Source: Paraphysomonas bandaiensis (taxonomy: Eukaryota > Protista > Chrysophyceae). From it: 64,000 nucleotides of DNA. The notes beneath the pieces are model-generated. The model was not told the DNA's origin and did no database searches. It saw nothing but the letters and a program-made list of their open reading frames with translations. Below are positions 28,463 to 41,238 of the stretch, in pieces. The stretch spans positions 43,121 through 107,120 of the forward strand of contig CBFFRP010000290.1 in assembly GCA_965644295.1 (NCBI GenBank), written 5' to 3'. A program made the translations under genes and the position numbers. Each line of letters opens with the position of its first letter. Within the stretch, counting starts at the first letter, position 1.

Positions 28463-29698
28463 ATGCAGCCCCAGATAGAAATTATTCAATTGAAATTCTG
28501 GACTCTTCAAGTCCCGCTGAAGAAGCCCTATAAGGTGGCTATGGGTGTTGGTACACATACGAATAATATAGTGGTGTCTTTAACTGCTATGGATGTGAGC
28601 AGAGATCAGTTGATAGAGGGATGGGGTGAGGCGGATCCGCTGGATGGGTTCACACCAGAGACAGTGGAATCAATAAAAGACACGCTGAAGAAGATGGTAC
28701 CGGTGTTGTTGGGTCAGAATGCGCTTGATATAAACCGTTTAAATATACTAATGAGAAGCATTGTCCCACACTCTCCATTAGCCATTGGCAGTGTTGATAT
28801 GGCATTGTGGGATATAATGGGAAAGTACAAACGCGCACCAGTGTATACCCTGTTGGGTGGTCACTGTGGCAGGACATCGTTTCCTTTGCTTTGGCCTCTA
28901 TCTAGCCAAAGTGCTGCTGATGATCTACAACAACTACCTAGTCTGATTGACCAAGGTTACCGCACATTCATGTTAAAAATGGGTGGAGCCGATGACGACA
29001 TAACTGCTCAAATAGATCGCATTCGTACGATTAATGAATCCTACCCTGATGGTGAGCTTTTCATCTGCACAGACGCCAATCAGGGGTGGAACATTGACCA
29101 AGCAACAACTTTTGTGCGTGGAATAAGTACTATGGGAGGCCGTGTTGATTTTTTTGAGCAACCCCTTCAGTGCGGACGTGAAGAAGAAATGATATTACTT
29201 CGGCGTGCCTGGGAGGAGGGGCAGTGCAGCCGTGAAGACGGTCAAAGTGTCTCAGTGAAATTTTCAGCAGACGAGAGTGCTCAGACCCTGTCCCAGGTCA
29301 GTAAATGCCTACAGACCAATGATTTCGACTATATCTCTTTGAAGGTGAGCAAAAACGGGGGAATATCGCGTATGAAAGAAATCGCTTCGGCATGTGCTGT
29401 TATGGGCAAGGCAGTGTTGGTTAATTCCATGTTGGAGCTGGGTATTACCCAGGCTGCCGCACTACATGTAGCCGCCACATGTGAACACCTACTTCCATGT
29501 GGTCATTGCTTTATGTCCACTCTTCGTTGTTCAGATGATGTCACAAATTTTAGAACATTAATTCAGGATGCAGTTGTACACCTACCAAGTGGTGACAAAT
29601 GGGGATTGGGTATCACAGTCGAAGTAGACAAACTAGAGCAATATTCTGTCTGTCCAGTTCTTACATTCAAAAAAGCTTCAAGTGATATAACTATGTAA
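28463..29698 (+). CDS. Enolase superfamily, muconate cycloisomerase/dipeptide epimerase subgroup, intronless
   Basis: GWGEA, VDMALWDIMGK, DANQGW, FEQP, ADES, LKVSKNGG, GLGI; start taken at MQPQ. Confidence 0.9.
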   Translation: MQPQIEIIQLKFWTLQVPLKKPYKVAMGVGTHTNNIVVSLTAMDVSRDQLIEGWGEADPLDGFTPETVESIKDTLKKMVPVLLGQNALDINRLNILMRSIVPHSPLAIGSVDMALWDIMGKYKRAPVYTLLGGHCGRTSFPLLWPLSSQSAADDLQQLPSLIDQGYRTFMLKMGGADDDITAQIDRIRTINESYPDGELFICTDANQGWNIDQATTFVRGISTMGGRVDFFEQPLQCGREEEMILLRRAWEEGQCSREDGQSVSVKFSADESAQTLSQVSKCLQTNDFDYISLKVSKNGGISRMKEIASACAVMGKAVLVNSMLELGITQAAALHVAATCEHLLPCGHCFMSTLRCSDDVTNFRTLIQDAVVHLPSGDKWGLGITVEVDKLEQYSVCPVLTFKKASSDITM

Positions 29699-30920
29699 AA
29701 TAATGAGATTGGGTTGCTTCTATGAAATTTTAGTGCCTCGCTGATATAAGATAAATAACTAATATCGTGACGAAACTACTGTAAATGGCACCTAAAGTAC
29801 ACTGTTTTACTAATTACTTGTAACCTCTAGAACTACAACTTTGGCAACATGTTATTCTCGTACATGTAAATGCAAATGCTAGCACGTAGCTTTTCAAATT
29901 CGCAATTTAAAATTTAAATTTTTTTATTAAAAGAAAATTTAGACAATTGAACAACTAGTAGCGCAGATAGCAAGTTAGTGCTGGGGTTATTATAGACCTA
30001 TTCAAATATCTCCTGATAGGTGTTGGATACCGATTATCTGGTTTTAGTAACAAACACGATTAACGATATACCTGAAGATTCAGCCAACCTAGGTTGTCTG
30101 CAAATGATGACATTGTTCAGTTGACTTATATTCGCTATATTCATATAAATATAATGCCATGACGCATCCACCAAATAGAAAAGTAAAGTAGATGATGTTT
30201 ATAATTTCGCTTCCACTCTACAAGAGCAAAAACTGCTATATTTTGTAAAGTAAGATAATTGACTGCATAAAATCACCACTGCACTTCTTGGAGCACTGAC
30301 AATGTTGGTTGAATCAAACTCCATGGGATGTATAACGCCGACTCATGTGTATCGGTATATGTGGCACGCATTCCACTCAGCATCATCTCGTTCAATGGTC
30401 AACTTTAACAAGAAAATAACACCATAGCGCATACAGAAGACATTGGTCATACCTCATTTGTCGAGATAGATACCTACTGCTGCAAGTATTTCTTTGTGCG
30501 AATTCGCAATTGCAATTTTAATATTGACCACTTGAGTACAGAGCCTTCGTCCACGATGAATGTCATGAATAAAAAAAGAGGGAGCGCTAATCTCTGCATC
30601 CAGAAATACACTTTTCACATACTGCGACCATCTCAGCATGTTTCTCCAAAGATCAACTCCTCAGTAAATATCATATCTAACCATATAAATTGTGCTGCAT
30701 GCAATATGAATACAGTGGTATGAACCATCGAAACAGAGCGACATCAGTACAGATGAATGAGAGCCATGAAGGCCAGTCATATCAATAGCGCCACCATACT
30801 ATCCCAATGTAACTCCTACTAACACACCCCTTACAAGAGAGAACACAGTGCTGTAAGTAATCCGGCACATCGCTCCATATCTTAGCTATCTAGTACATCA
30901 TACACCACGTCATACAGCAG

Positions 30921-32507
30921 TACATACATACATACATACATACATACATACATACATACATACATACATACATACATACATACATACATACATACATACA
31001 TACATACATACATACATACATACATACATACATACATACATACATACATACATACATACATACATACATACATACATACATACATACATACAGTACATAC
31101 ATACATACATACATACATACATACATACATACATACATACATACATACATACATACATACATACATACATACATACATACATACATACATACATACATAC
31201 ATACATACATACATACATACATACATACATACATACATACATACATACATACATACATACATACATACATACATACATACATACATACATACATACATAC
31301 ATACATACATACATACATACATACATACATACATACATACATACATACATACATACATACATACATACATACATACATACATACATACATACATACATAC
31401 ATACATACATACATACATACATACATACATACATACATACATACATACATACATACATACATACATACATACATACATACATACATACATACATACATAC
31501 ATACATACATACATACATACATACATACATACATACATACATACATACATACATACATACATACATACATACATACATACATACATACATACATACATAC
31601 ATACATACATACATACATACATACATACATACATACATACATACATACATACATACATACATACATACATACATACATACATACATACATACATACATAC
31701 ATACATACATACATACATACATACATACATACATACATACATACATACATACATACATACATACATACATACATACATACATACATACATACATACATAC
31801 ATACATACATACATACATACATACATACATACATACATACATACATACATACATACATACATACATACATACATACATACATACATACATACATACATAC
31901 ATACATACATACATACATACATACATACATACATACATACATACATACATACATACATACATACATACATACATACATACATACATACATACATACATAC
32001 ATACATACATACATACATACATACATACATACATACATACATACATACATACATACATACATACATACATACATACATACATACATACATACATACATAC
32101 ATACATACATACATACATACATACATACATACATACATACATACATACATACATACATACATACATACATACATACATACATACATACATACATACATAC
32201 ATACATACATACATACATACATACATACATACATACATACATACATGCATACATACATACATACATACATACATACATACATACATACATACATACATAC
32301 ATACATACATACATACATACATACATACATACATACATACATACATACATACATACATACATACATACATACATACATACATACATACATACATACATAC
32401 ATACATACATACATACATACATACATACATACATACATACATACATACATACATACATACATACATACATACATACATACATACATACATACATACATAC
32501 ATACATA
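30921..32507. repeat. ~1.59-kb (TACA)n microsatellite
   Basis: Near-perfect run with interruptions only near 31091 and 32247. Confidence 0.99.
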
Positions 32508-32567
32508 GTAACTGCAGTTATGTAACATATTTCTTAGTCGCATCCTTTTCCAGCCTACACACACACA

Positions 32568-34074
32568 ATGTCTACTAGTGCTGGTATTCTTGACCCTAGG
32601 GCCCATGCATCTGGTGCTGGTGAGTCCTCTATGTTTGGGTCTGGGTATATAGTGGATCCTATGGAAGCTGAGAGGTTCGTGGAGGGAATCAGAAAGTTCG
32701 ATCTTGAGGAGGTAGGATCATCTGCCTGGATGCGTCAACATGAAGTGTTGGAGAAGTTGAATCTTCAAGCTCATCAGAGTGCGATGACGAGATCTGATGA
32801 GTATATTCTGGAGTCAGTTCTCACTTTTGGTAAATTGGAGGTCCTCATTTACGACTTATTGGTTATTGAGGCGTGGAAGGAGTACGTGTATCCTTTACTT
32901 GTGGATAAACTAGCTGGTAGAAACTCTATGCGGTTGTATTTTATACTCTATCACGAAGCCACTGTGATCAATCTTCTAGAAGTGTTTCTCTATCACAAGC
33001 ACGTGTGTGAATCTGGAGGAGAAAAATTACTCGAACTAGTCGATTATGTCGCCCGTAAAATGACCCGTCTGAATGGAGGCTACGATTTCTCATACATGGA
33101 CGAATTAGACACAAGTATGACGGGTGTAAGCGAGGACTCTGCCAAGGAGTTTGCAGAGTCCCTTCAGCACCGCCGACCGACAGATGACCTTCGTAGACAG
33201 CTTACAGAGATCGAATTCCGTATTTGTGTTTCTGCTTGCTCTGTTGCAAGGTACTCTCAATTTTCGTTGATTTAACTGCTATTGATACGTTCTCGCGTAG
33301 GTTCCTCTGCGAACACTCTGATAACCTTCCGCTCAGTGTTGTGAGCCGTATATGCGACACCCACGATCTACTTATGCTTTTCATTCCCCTAATAGAAAAC
33401 CCTCCCTGGACACGTCGTCTTCCAAATGGTGTGTATTTTCAGCCCACTTTTTCATAAAATTGGAAGCTCTGATTATATCATTTAGGAAAGTGGCAAAAAC
33501 TTGTGGATTTCAAGTGGCAGGATGTACAACCCATTGACTTGTTGAAGATTACCAGACTTGAAGGTCAACCGTGGATTTCGCTTTACTATTTGATGGCCAA
33601 ACAGGTTTTCCGGGAACGTTACCACCTTAATTCATTCCGAAAAGGGCAGGTAAGATAGTACATGGATGTTTGGTATTACTGTGATGTTCAATATAGATTC
33701 TACGCGTTCGCAAGTACCTCTCCGAGGTTATGCTCGACCAACTCCCGTTTTTGGTTGATATTCAACGCTACATGGATGAACTCGCTATTACAGAGGTTCC
33801 AGAGCCTGTTGGGGGCGCAAGTAGCAATATTTTCATGTTCCAACAAGTGTCAGTAATGCGTGAAGGGCTCCTGAAAGGAAAAGAGTGGGAGACCGTGGCA
33901 AATACTCAGATGGATACCGTATTCACGATGACAGATAAAGACGATCCTGATCTTCGGAGGATGGCGGAGTTATACGCAGACGATGCGGTAGAGGGTGTTT
34001 TAGAGCCACCTATACCCCAAGAAGGAGAAGAAGATGATTTGGAAGAAATATCATCCCAGCTCCGGCAAAGTTGA
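32568..34074 (+). CDS. ZMYND10: ZMYND10/BLU-like axonemal dynein assembly factor lacking the MYND finger (4 exons)
   Basis: EVGSSAWMRQHEVLEKLNLQAH, YFILYHEATVINLLE, THDLLMLFIPLIENPPW, LEGQPWISLY, LDQLPFLVDIQRYMDEL. Confidence 0.85.
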
Positions 34075-34933
34075 TAAACTCGTGACCGTATTTGTACGTG
34101 ATCAGTAATTGAAGTGGTATTACTTTGGCGAAAAGTACTGGAGATGAAGTCAAGTCATAGCATGGAAATAGTATTAGCGATTGCTGGAAAAAGTTGTGAC
34201 TTTCGTTTGGTACTTATCTTCTACTGTAACTACTAACTGATCCCTGTTTTTAACATGCTCTTGCACTATGCACTATAATCTGACTCAAAATTTGAATTCA
34301 CCAATGCACTATTGTCTGCACTGATATAACAGCTCTCTAGAATATTCGACTTATGTATACCATTTTGCTGATATTCGTCACTTCATTACACAGTGTTGTT
34401 GTAATAGTATAGGTAGTACATAGTACAGACGGTACTAGTGGGGGGCGGGGCGTGGTAACCGTTAATGGGTGCCAAGTTCCCCGCTAATGGTTGTTTCAAT
34501 TTTCAATGACTAACTCGATAATATCGCTCATAATAGATAATGTGACGCCACCTAACAGACTGGGAATCGTAACTACGTAACTACATTAAATCAATAAATA
34601 CCCATCATTACTGTTCTCGTTCTCTTATGGCACTTTAGGATTTAGGATAATCATGGAGGGTAGTAGCCTCCCACAACATGGGATTGGCTCAAAGGAATAG
34701 CAACGACTAATAGACAATGACGCTAAGGTGTCGTAATCAACTTTTCACGACTAAAGAGCCTCTCAATAATATTAGATTGTGCTTTGATAAGAAGCAAGCT
34801 GTGGTACTAAGTCGAGCACTCTTGTTGACCTCGGTGCTATCCCGAACACGCTGTGCAAAGTCATTAAGAGTTCCACTTTTCGTATTGCCTGTCAGTCCTC
34901 TGTCATCGTCCCATAAAATTTAGTCGCTGTCCT

Positions 34934-37900
34934 TATTGAACTACAACCAACTCCTACGTGCGTACTTGAAGTTTGGTAAAGCCAATCGCTAGTAGTTATC
35001 CTGTATTCTATGTAGCAATGAAATACAGAATATACATGACTACAGTATAGGAGTAGCTATTACAAGTATACAAAGAAACTGAAAATATAGTAGCTGTTAA
35101 AGATATGATTTGTAGAACAGAATGTTGATGTTGGTGAATGACGTGGTTCCTAACTCATAGGGCTACAACATTATAAACTTACTATATCTCCTATAATATC
35201 AATCAGTCAATATTGCACTAACTATAAGCGTAAGTTAATATGGCAGCGGATGGAAATTTCACGAATGTCGCCTCAGGCTCAAAGGTACCTCCCTTCGAGG
35301 AACTGAACTTCAAGAAATTCAAGAAGTTCTTCACCTCATTCCTCATGAGACACAATCGAGCTCATCTTGTCCTCTCAAAGGATAAACCAAGGCACATTCA
35401 TGATCTAGACTCTACAGTCCCAGCGGGAGCTCATATGACTGATGCACAGAAGAAGCGACTAGGCAAAGCGAAGAAACTCTGGAACACCCGGAACGAGACC
35501 GCGTACTCCTTCCTGATGGAAGTGTGCAATGCTCACCCAAAAGCAGGCACAACAGCGGCTCTCTACGAAGGAAGGACAGCAAAAGGGTTACTACAGGCAC
35601 TGGAAGAGAGATTTCTCAATGTTGAAAAGAATACAGTACAGGCAGAGATCACAAAGTTCAATTCAATGAAGATTACCTCAAGTCAGTCAGGAGCAGAGTT
35701 CGTCGACAGCGTTGAAGCCCAGGCCAAGATTCTCGAGAATCTAGGTCGTGAAGTCACGGAAGACGACAAGCTCACTCGACTAAAGGAAGGTCTCACAGAC
35801 AAGAGATATTCCCAACTAGCACACAGCCTGTATACAGCAAGCGATGTGACATACGCAAGAGCAAGCAGCCTAATCAAAGGGTATGAAAACACATCATTCG
35901 GCAAGCATGCGTTGCAAAATTCAGGGGAAGACAGTGTAAATCAAGCAGTGGATGACAGTAAATGGAAAGAGCACAAGAGAAAGGGCAGATGCAATAAGTG
36001 CAAGAAACTTGGCCACTTTGCTAGGGAGTGCAAGACTCCAGAACATGTCATAAAGAGGATGAAGGGGACAAGATCACAGAGAAAAGATAGAGATCACAGA
36101 AACAGGGGTGATAACAAAACAAAGCTACCTGTGTGTGAGATATGTGACATCCCAGGCCATCAGACTAAAGACTGCTTCCACTTGAAGACTGCTAAAGCTG
36201 CAGTGGTCAGTTCTAAACGGGGGCGAGACTCTAGAAGGGAAACGGCACCCTACAAGAACAAGAAGAAACCGCGAGTGTCTGTACATGATTCAGAAGATGA
36301 AGCGGGATATGAATCAATGATATGTGTGGAAGAAGAGGTGAATCTAGCACAGAGCATGTCAGATGTTATTTATTTAGACAGCGGGTGCAACAAGATGATC
36401 CTTACCTCCAAAAACCACATGACCAACCTTCAGCGCGCTGATAGGCAGATGTCCACAGCGAACAAAGGTAAACTGTCAATACACAGTGTTGGCGATGTAG
36501 GAAGCTTTAAGAAGGTGTACTACGCACCTGAAGCAAGTAAGAACCTCGTAGATATGAAGAGTATCACAGATAGGGGCTGTGTTGTGACGTTCGATAATGA
36601 TGAAGTCGTCATTCGAAATAAGACTACGAACAAGACACTCATTAGACAGAGAAGTGTTAATGGATTATATCCAGTTCGACTCGAAGACTTACTTCAGCTT
36701 GGAGAAGAATCCTCAGCAGCACTTGAGGAGCAGGGATTTGATGACCAGCGAGTTCTATGGCACTAAAGACTTGGCCATGTCAACTATGATAAACTGACTG
36801 AGTCCGACCGCCGAGGCCTAGTTGATGGAATAAATCTGGACAAGAAATATTTCAGGAAAAAACATAAAAAAACGATATGCAAATGTAATACCTGCATGCG
36901 ATCGAAACTCACTAGAAAAAACTTCAGGACTCCACGCCAGCTGATGAACTTAGACAACAACCCAAAGGAGAGAGGGGTGCTCAGTGCAGATACGATGGAA
37001 GTCCTAAACACGCCATCGATGGAAGGCTACAAACATGTGTTACTATTCAAGCACAGTGATGCAAAACATGTATGGGCTTATGGCTTAAAAAACAAGACTG
37101 GGAGTGAAGTGTTAAAGTGTATGAAGGACATGGTAGAGACCCAACTTGTCAAAGAAGGATTGCAACTACGACGATATCATGCAGATGGCGCAGGAGAACT
37201 TGTAGGGCAACATGTCAGGCAGTACTTACGTGAAACCAACAGCACAAGGACTGTACAGGTTACTTGGACTCCACGTGACACACCCGAAATGAATTCGCTA
37301 TCGGAACGCACTAATCGTACAGTGAAGGAGATGGTCCTTGCTATATTGCTCGATAGTGGCATGCCATCAGTATTCTGGTTCAAAGCAGTCTTGCATGCTG
37401 TATATCTGATCAACAGGTTACCTACGAAGACAACGAAAGGATACATCTCACCTTTTGAGTATATTACTGGAACCGCACCAGATGTGAGTGACTTGAAGAT
37501 CTGGGGCTGCAAGGCATGGGCTATTGTGCCGAAGGAGCAGCGCCGCAAAGAGTGGAAAGAAAAGGGAAAGCCTGGATACTATATGGGACAATGTCAACAA
37601 CCTGTTGGACACCAAATATATATTCCAGACCTGAATGCTATTATTGTTGCGGTCAATGCACAGTTTGATGAGTCTATTCCAGAGCGTTCACAGGAGTATT
37701 TCGACGAAATAGATAATCTACAAATTGACACCTCAGAAACAGCAGAGAGTGTAAATGATTATCAGTACCTGGTTGGCCTCAGACATCTTGATGGACACCT
37801 GTGCTATGTTACCACCAGAGTGATAGAGAGAAGAGGAGTCATTGTTGCATATAGGAAACTTGATACGGAAGGAAATACTACCGAGGAGCAAACTCCGATT

Positions 37901-39812
37901 CATATCAAAGATGTAGTAAAGATGACTCACTCTACAAAGTGTCAGACCGACAAGTTTAATAATTTGCGAAATGAGTTGGATCAGACTTGTAATGACAGTG
38001 ACAATGAGCAGAGGACTCCTGACCGCTCATATCGGGGCGCATCTTCAACAGGTGGGGCAGATCGAAATCCCAGAACTGAAAAACGACCTCGAAAAAAACG
38101 GCACATTGTTAACGTTGGTGTCCTCGGCGATGTCTCATTGTTTCTTGATTCCTCCAACAGCACAATTAAAGAGCCACAGACTCTAGCAGAAGCAAAGAAG
38201 ACTCCACAGAGAACATACTGGATTGAAGCTACCAGGAAGGAGGTGCACAAGCTTGAACGAAGGACATGCTGGAAGATTGTCCGAAGGCCGAAACACCGAA
38301 AAATCATAAAATCTAAATTGGTCTTTAAAGTAAAGCGCGACCATCTTGGAAAAATTAAGAAGTTCAAAGTTCGACTTGTAGCGAAAGGGTTTACTCAAGA
38401 ACAAGGAGTCGACTATAATGAGACATTCTCCCCAGTAGCTAAAGGTGTATCATTTAGGCTAGCACTGGCACTGGCTCTGCGATACAATTTGCAACTCCGT
38501 CAACTCGATGTAGAAACGGCATTTCCGTATGCAGATCTGGACGAAGATGTGTTTATGTCTCCACCTGCAGGAATAGATGTTCCACAAGGCTGTTGCTTGA
38601 AGATTCTGAAGAGTTTGTATGGCCTAAAACAAGCGCCTCGAAATTGGCATTCAATGCTGAAGGACAGTATAAAGGCGATGGGGTATAAACAATGTGTTCT
38701 TGACCCATGTTTATTTGTCCTCAAGGGCACTGATACTAACCTACATATGATACTTGTGTATGTAGATGATATCATTGTGCTCAGCTCTGACAGCCGTCAT
38801 ATTGAAGAAGTCATCAACGCTTTTAAGACTCAATATGCCATGCAAGATATGGGGGATCTTAAGCATTATTTAGGTCTTACCATTGAGCGTCATAATGGCC
38901 AGATTAAGTTACATCAGTCTGCGTATGCTAAAGATGTTGTGGCCAGATTCAATCACTTGTTGTCAGAAAAGAAGAGACGGTGCAAGGCAACCACACCTCT
39001 ACCACCTGGCCTAAAGTTGTCCAAGGATGCAAAAGAGGAAGAAACTCGAAAACAGAGAGAATACGTTGATGCATTTCCCTATCAATCTGTTATTGGTGCC
39101 TTAATGTATTTGGCAGTGCATACTAGACCAGACATGGCATATACAGTAAATCTTCTCTCCCGGTTCACCACAAGACCCACGTACGCTGCATGTCAAGCTG
39201 CTCTGCATACTTTATTGTATTTAGAAAATACAGTTGATCAAGGTATCATATTTCCTAATTTCACAGATGAAGACCCTCTATGTGTGTACTCTGATGCAGA
39301 TTGGGCCGGAGATCTGGATACATGCAGATCCACTACAGGGTATATCGTATATCTGTGGGGTGCTCCAATTGCATGGCAGTCCAGGCTGCAGCAAACAGTG
39401 GCTACGTCGACTATGGAAGCTGAATATATGGCTGCATATGCTGCAATTCAGGAGATTGTATGGATACGAGGGGTGATGACAGAGCTCGGAATTCGTGGAT
39501 TTGAGCTCAGTAAGAATGCGTCTCCAACAATCTTGAATATGGACAGCAAGAGTGCGATTGATCTAGCTCAGAATCCGGTAAATCATAAACGTTCCAAGCA
39601 TATTCGGATCAAGTATCATTGGATTCGAGAGCAAGTGGGAGACTGTATCGTCAGGCTGAATCATGTGCCAACGGCAGAGATGACAGCAGACGTGATGACT
39701 AAAGCCTTGTCCGAGAAGCTGCACTATCAGCATGTGCACACTATGGTATCGCACTAAGTAGACTTGCTTGTTACAGTATATTCTGATATGTTCATTGAGT
39801 GGGAGTATTGAA
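34934..39812 (+). mobile_element. Near-complete Ty1/Copia retrotransposon; probable 5' LTR 34934-35170, 3' LTR lost after 7 bp
   Basis: Full gag-PR-IN-RT-RH order. The polypurine tract GAGTGGGAG (39797-39805) is followed by TATTGAA, which also opens the candidate 5' LTR (ending CAACA at 35170). LTR limits are tentative. Confidence 0.88.
35240..39757 (+). pseudogene. Copia Gag-Pol with a single in-frame TAA (36764-36766)
   Basis: Two CCHC knuckles, YLDSGC protease, LWH*RLGH...CNTC, HADGAGE, SERTNRT, QLDVETAF, YGLKQAP, YVDDII, YSDADWAG, EAEY, ADVMTK; both ORFs are in the same frame. Confidence 0.92.
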
Positions 39813-41220
39813 AAAAACGGGGAGGGAGGAAGAAGGACAAGCCTCTTTTCTACCCCACTGCCCCTCAAGGGGCCTCTTCTCTTCGAGTGTTTCCAATTAC
39901 AACCTTCGGTTGTAATTCCTTCTCTTTGCTAATTTAACTTTATATATTTTTAATTACTTTATATATTATTAATAACTTTTAATTACTTTATATATTATTT
40001 ATATTCTTAAATAAAATTAATAACTTTATATATTTTTTATAATGTTTATAATAAAAAGTAATATAGATAGTAAAGTAGATTTAATAAGTAGATTTAATAG
40101 TAGATATAGAGAGAGGGAAAAATTAAAATGAAAAATAATTTAAATTTATAAGGTTTGTAAAACCCCGGGATTCTACCATTAAAACTACTTATTAAATCTA
40201 CTTTGTTATCTATATGACTTTTTTATAATAATGTATAATGGCAATGCTTAAAGCTCTGGAATGTAGTTGTAGTGATATAATGGCGAATATGCTTAAAGCT
40301 CTGGAATGTAGTTGTAGTGATATAATGGCGAAGCTTTAAGCAAAAACTCATAAAACCTTGAATTCTAATTTAAATATATATAAAATGGTTTAAAAAGAAA
40401 TTATTATATACATATATATATATTACAATGGCTGAAGAATGGAAAGTGATTGATGGATACAACAATAATTACAGTATATCAAACAAAGGAAATATAAAGA
40501 ACAATAAGACAGAAAGAATATTAAAGCAAACTATAAATAGAAACGGATACAATATATTTAGTCTCTATGTGAATAGAAAGAAAAAAACAGTTGAGATTCA
40601 TAGATTAGTGGCTTTAACATTCATTCCGAATCCAGAAAATAAACCCCATGTAGACCATATAAATAATAACAAAATAGACAACAATGTTAATAATTTGAGA
40701 TGGGCCACTCGATCGGAAAATCAACATAACCAAAAATTGAGCAAAGCAAATACATCCGGCGTGAAAGGCGTATCATATAACAAAAGTAAAAAAAAGTGGG
40801 TTGCGCAAATACAATTAGACGGCATTGCAATTCACATTGGATATTTTGATACAATCGAAGAAGCAAAACAAGCAAGAATAAAAAGAGCGAATAAAGCATT
40901 CGGAGTCTTCATAAATGCCTGTGAAAGAGAATAAGAATCCTACATAACAATAACAATGAATATAATGAATACGACACATATAACCAAACAAAGACAATAT
41001 ACCTGATATGCACTCATAATGACATCATCATATTTCCTTTATTTCCATGCTTGTTATATATCACAATGATATAGACACAATGACAATGAATATTATGAAT
41101 GAATATATATATAATGTATACATATACTCGTAGACACACAAACAACACAACAGCATCACAACAACAACACACAAATACAGAAAATATACAGACTAAAAAT
41201 ATTACATTTATATATTTAAA
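39813..41220. mobile_element. AT-rich virus-like island (possible terminus of a Polinton-like virus or other endogenous dsDNA virus)
   Basis: Abrupt switch to a GC-rich hairpin cluster, then very AT-rich DNA with inverted and direct repeats and an intronless phage/giant-virus-type HNH gene. No capsid, polymerase or integrase gene is present. Confidence 0.55.
40428..40934 (+). CDS. NUMOD4-HNH-AP2 homing-endonuclease-like protein
   Basis: EEWKVIDGY..YSISNKG (NUMOD4); IHRLVA..F..VDHINNNKIDNNVNNLRWATRSENQHN (HNH); NTSGVKGVS...KWVAQI...IGYFDTIEEA (AP2-like). Confidence 0.93.
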   Translation: MAEEWKVIDGYNNNYSISNKGNIKNNKTERILKQTINRNGYNIFSLYVNRKKKTVEIHRLVALTFIPNPENKPHVDHINNNKIDNNVNNLRWATRSENQHNQKLSKANTSGVKGVSYNKSKKKWVAQIQLDGIAIHIGYFDTIEEAKQARIKRANKAFGVFINACERE

Positions 41221-41238
41221 TCATGTCATCACGTAGTA

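Noticed and set aside
30100-30880. Possible gene divergent from ZMYND10
   Set aside because: Only short ORFs with no recognisable motif or consistent splice pattern.
30882-32606. Long MYVC/HTYI-repeat ORFs (also 268-930)
   Set aside because: They are translations of the stop-free (TACA)n microsatellite, not proteins.
36764-36766. TAA between Copia ORFs as programmed readthrough
   Set aside because: It falls inside the conserved integrase zinc-finger motif LWHxRLGH and has no leaky context (TAA-AGA); a nonsense mutation is simpler.
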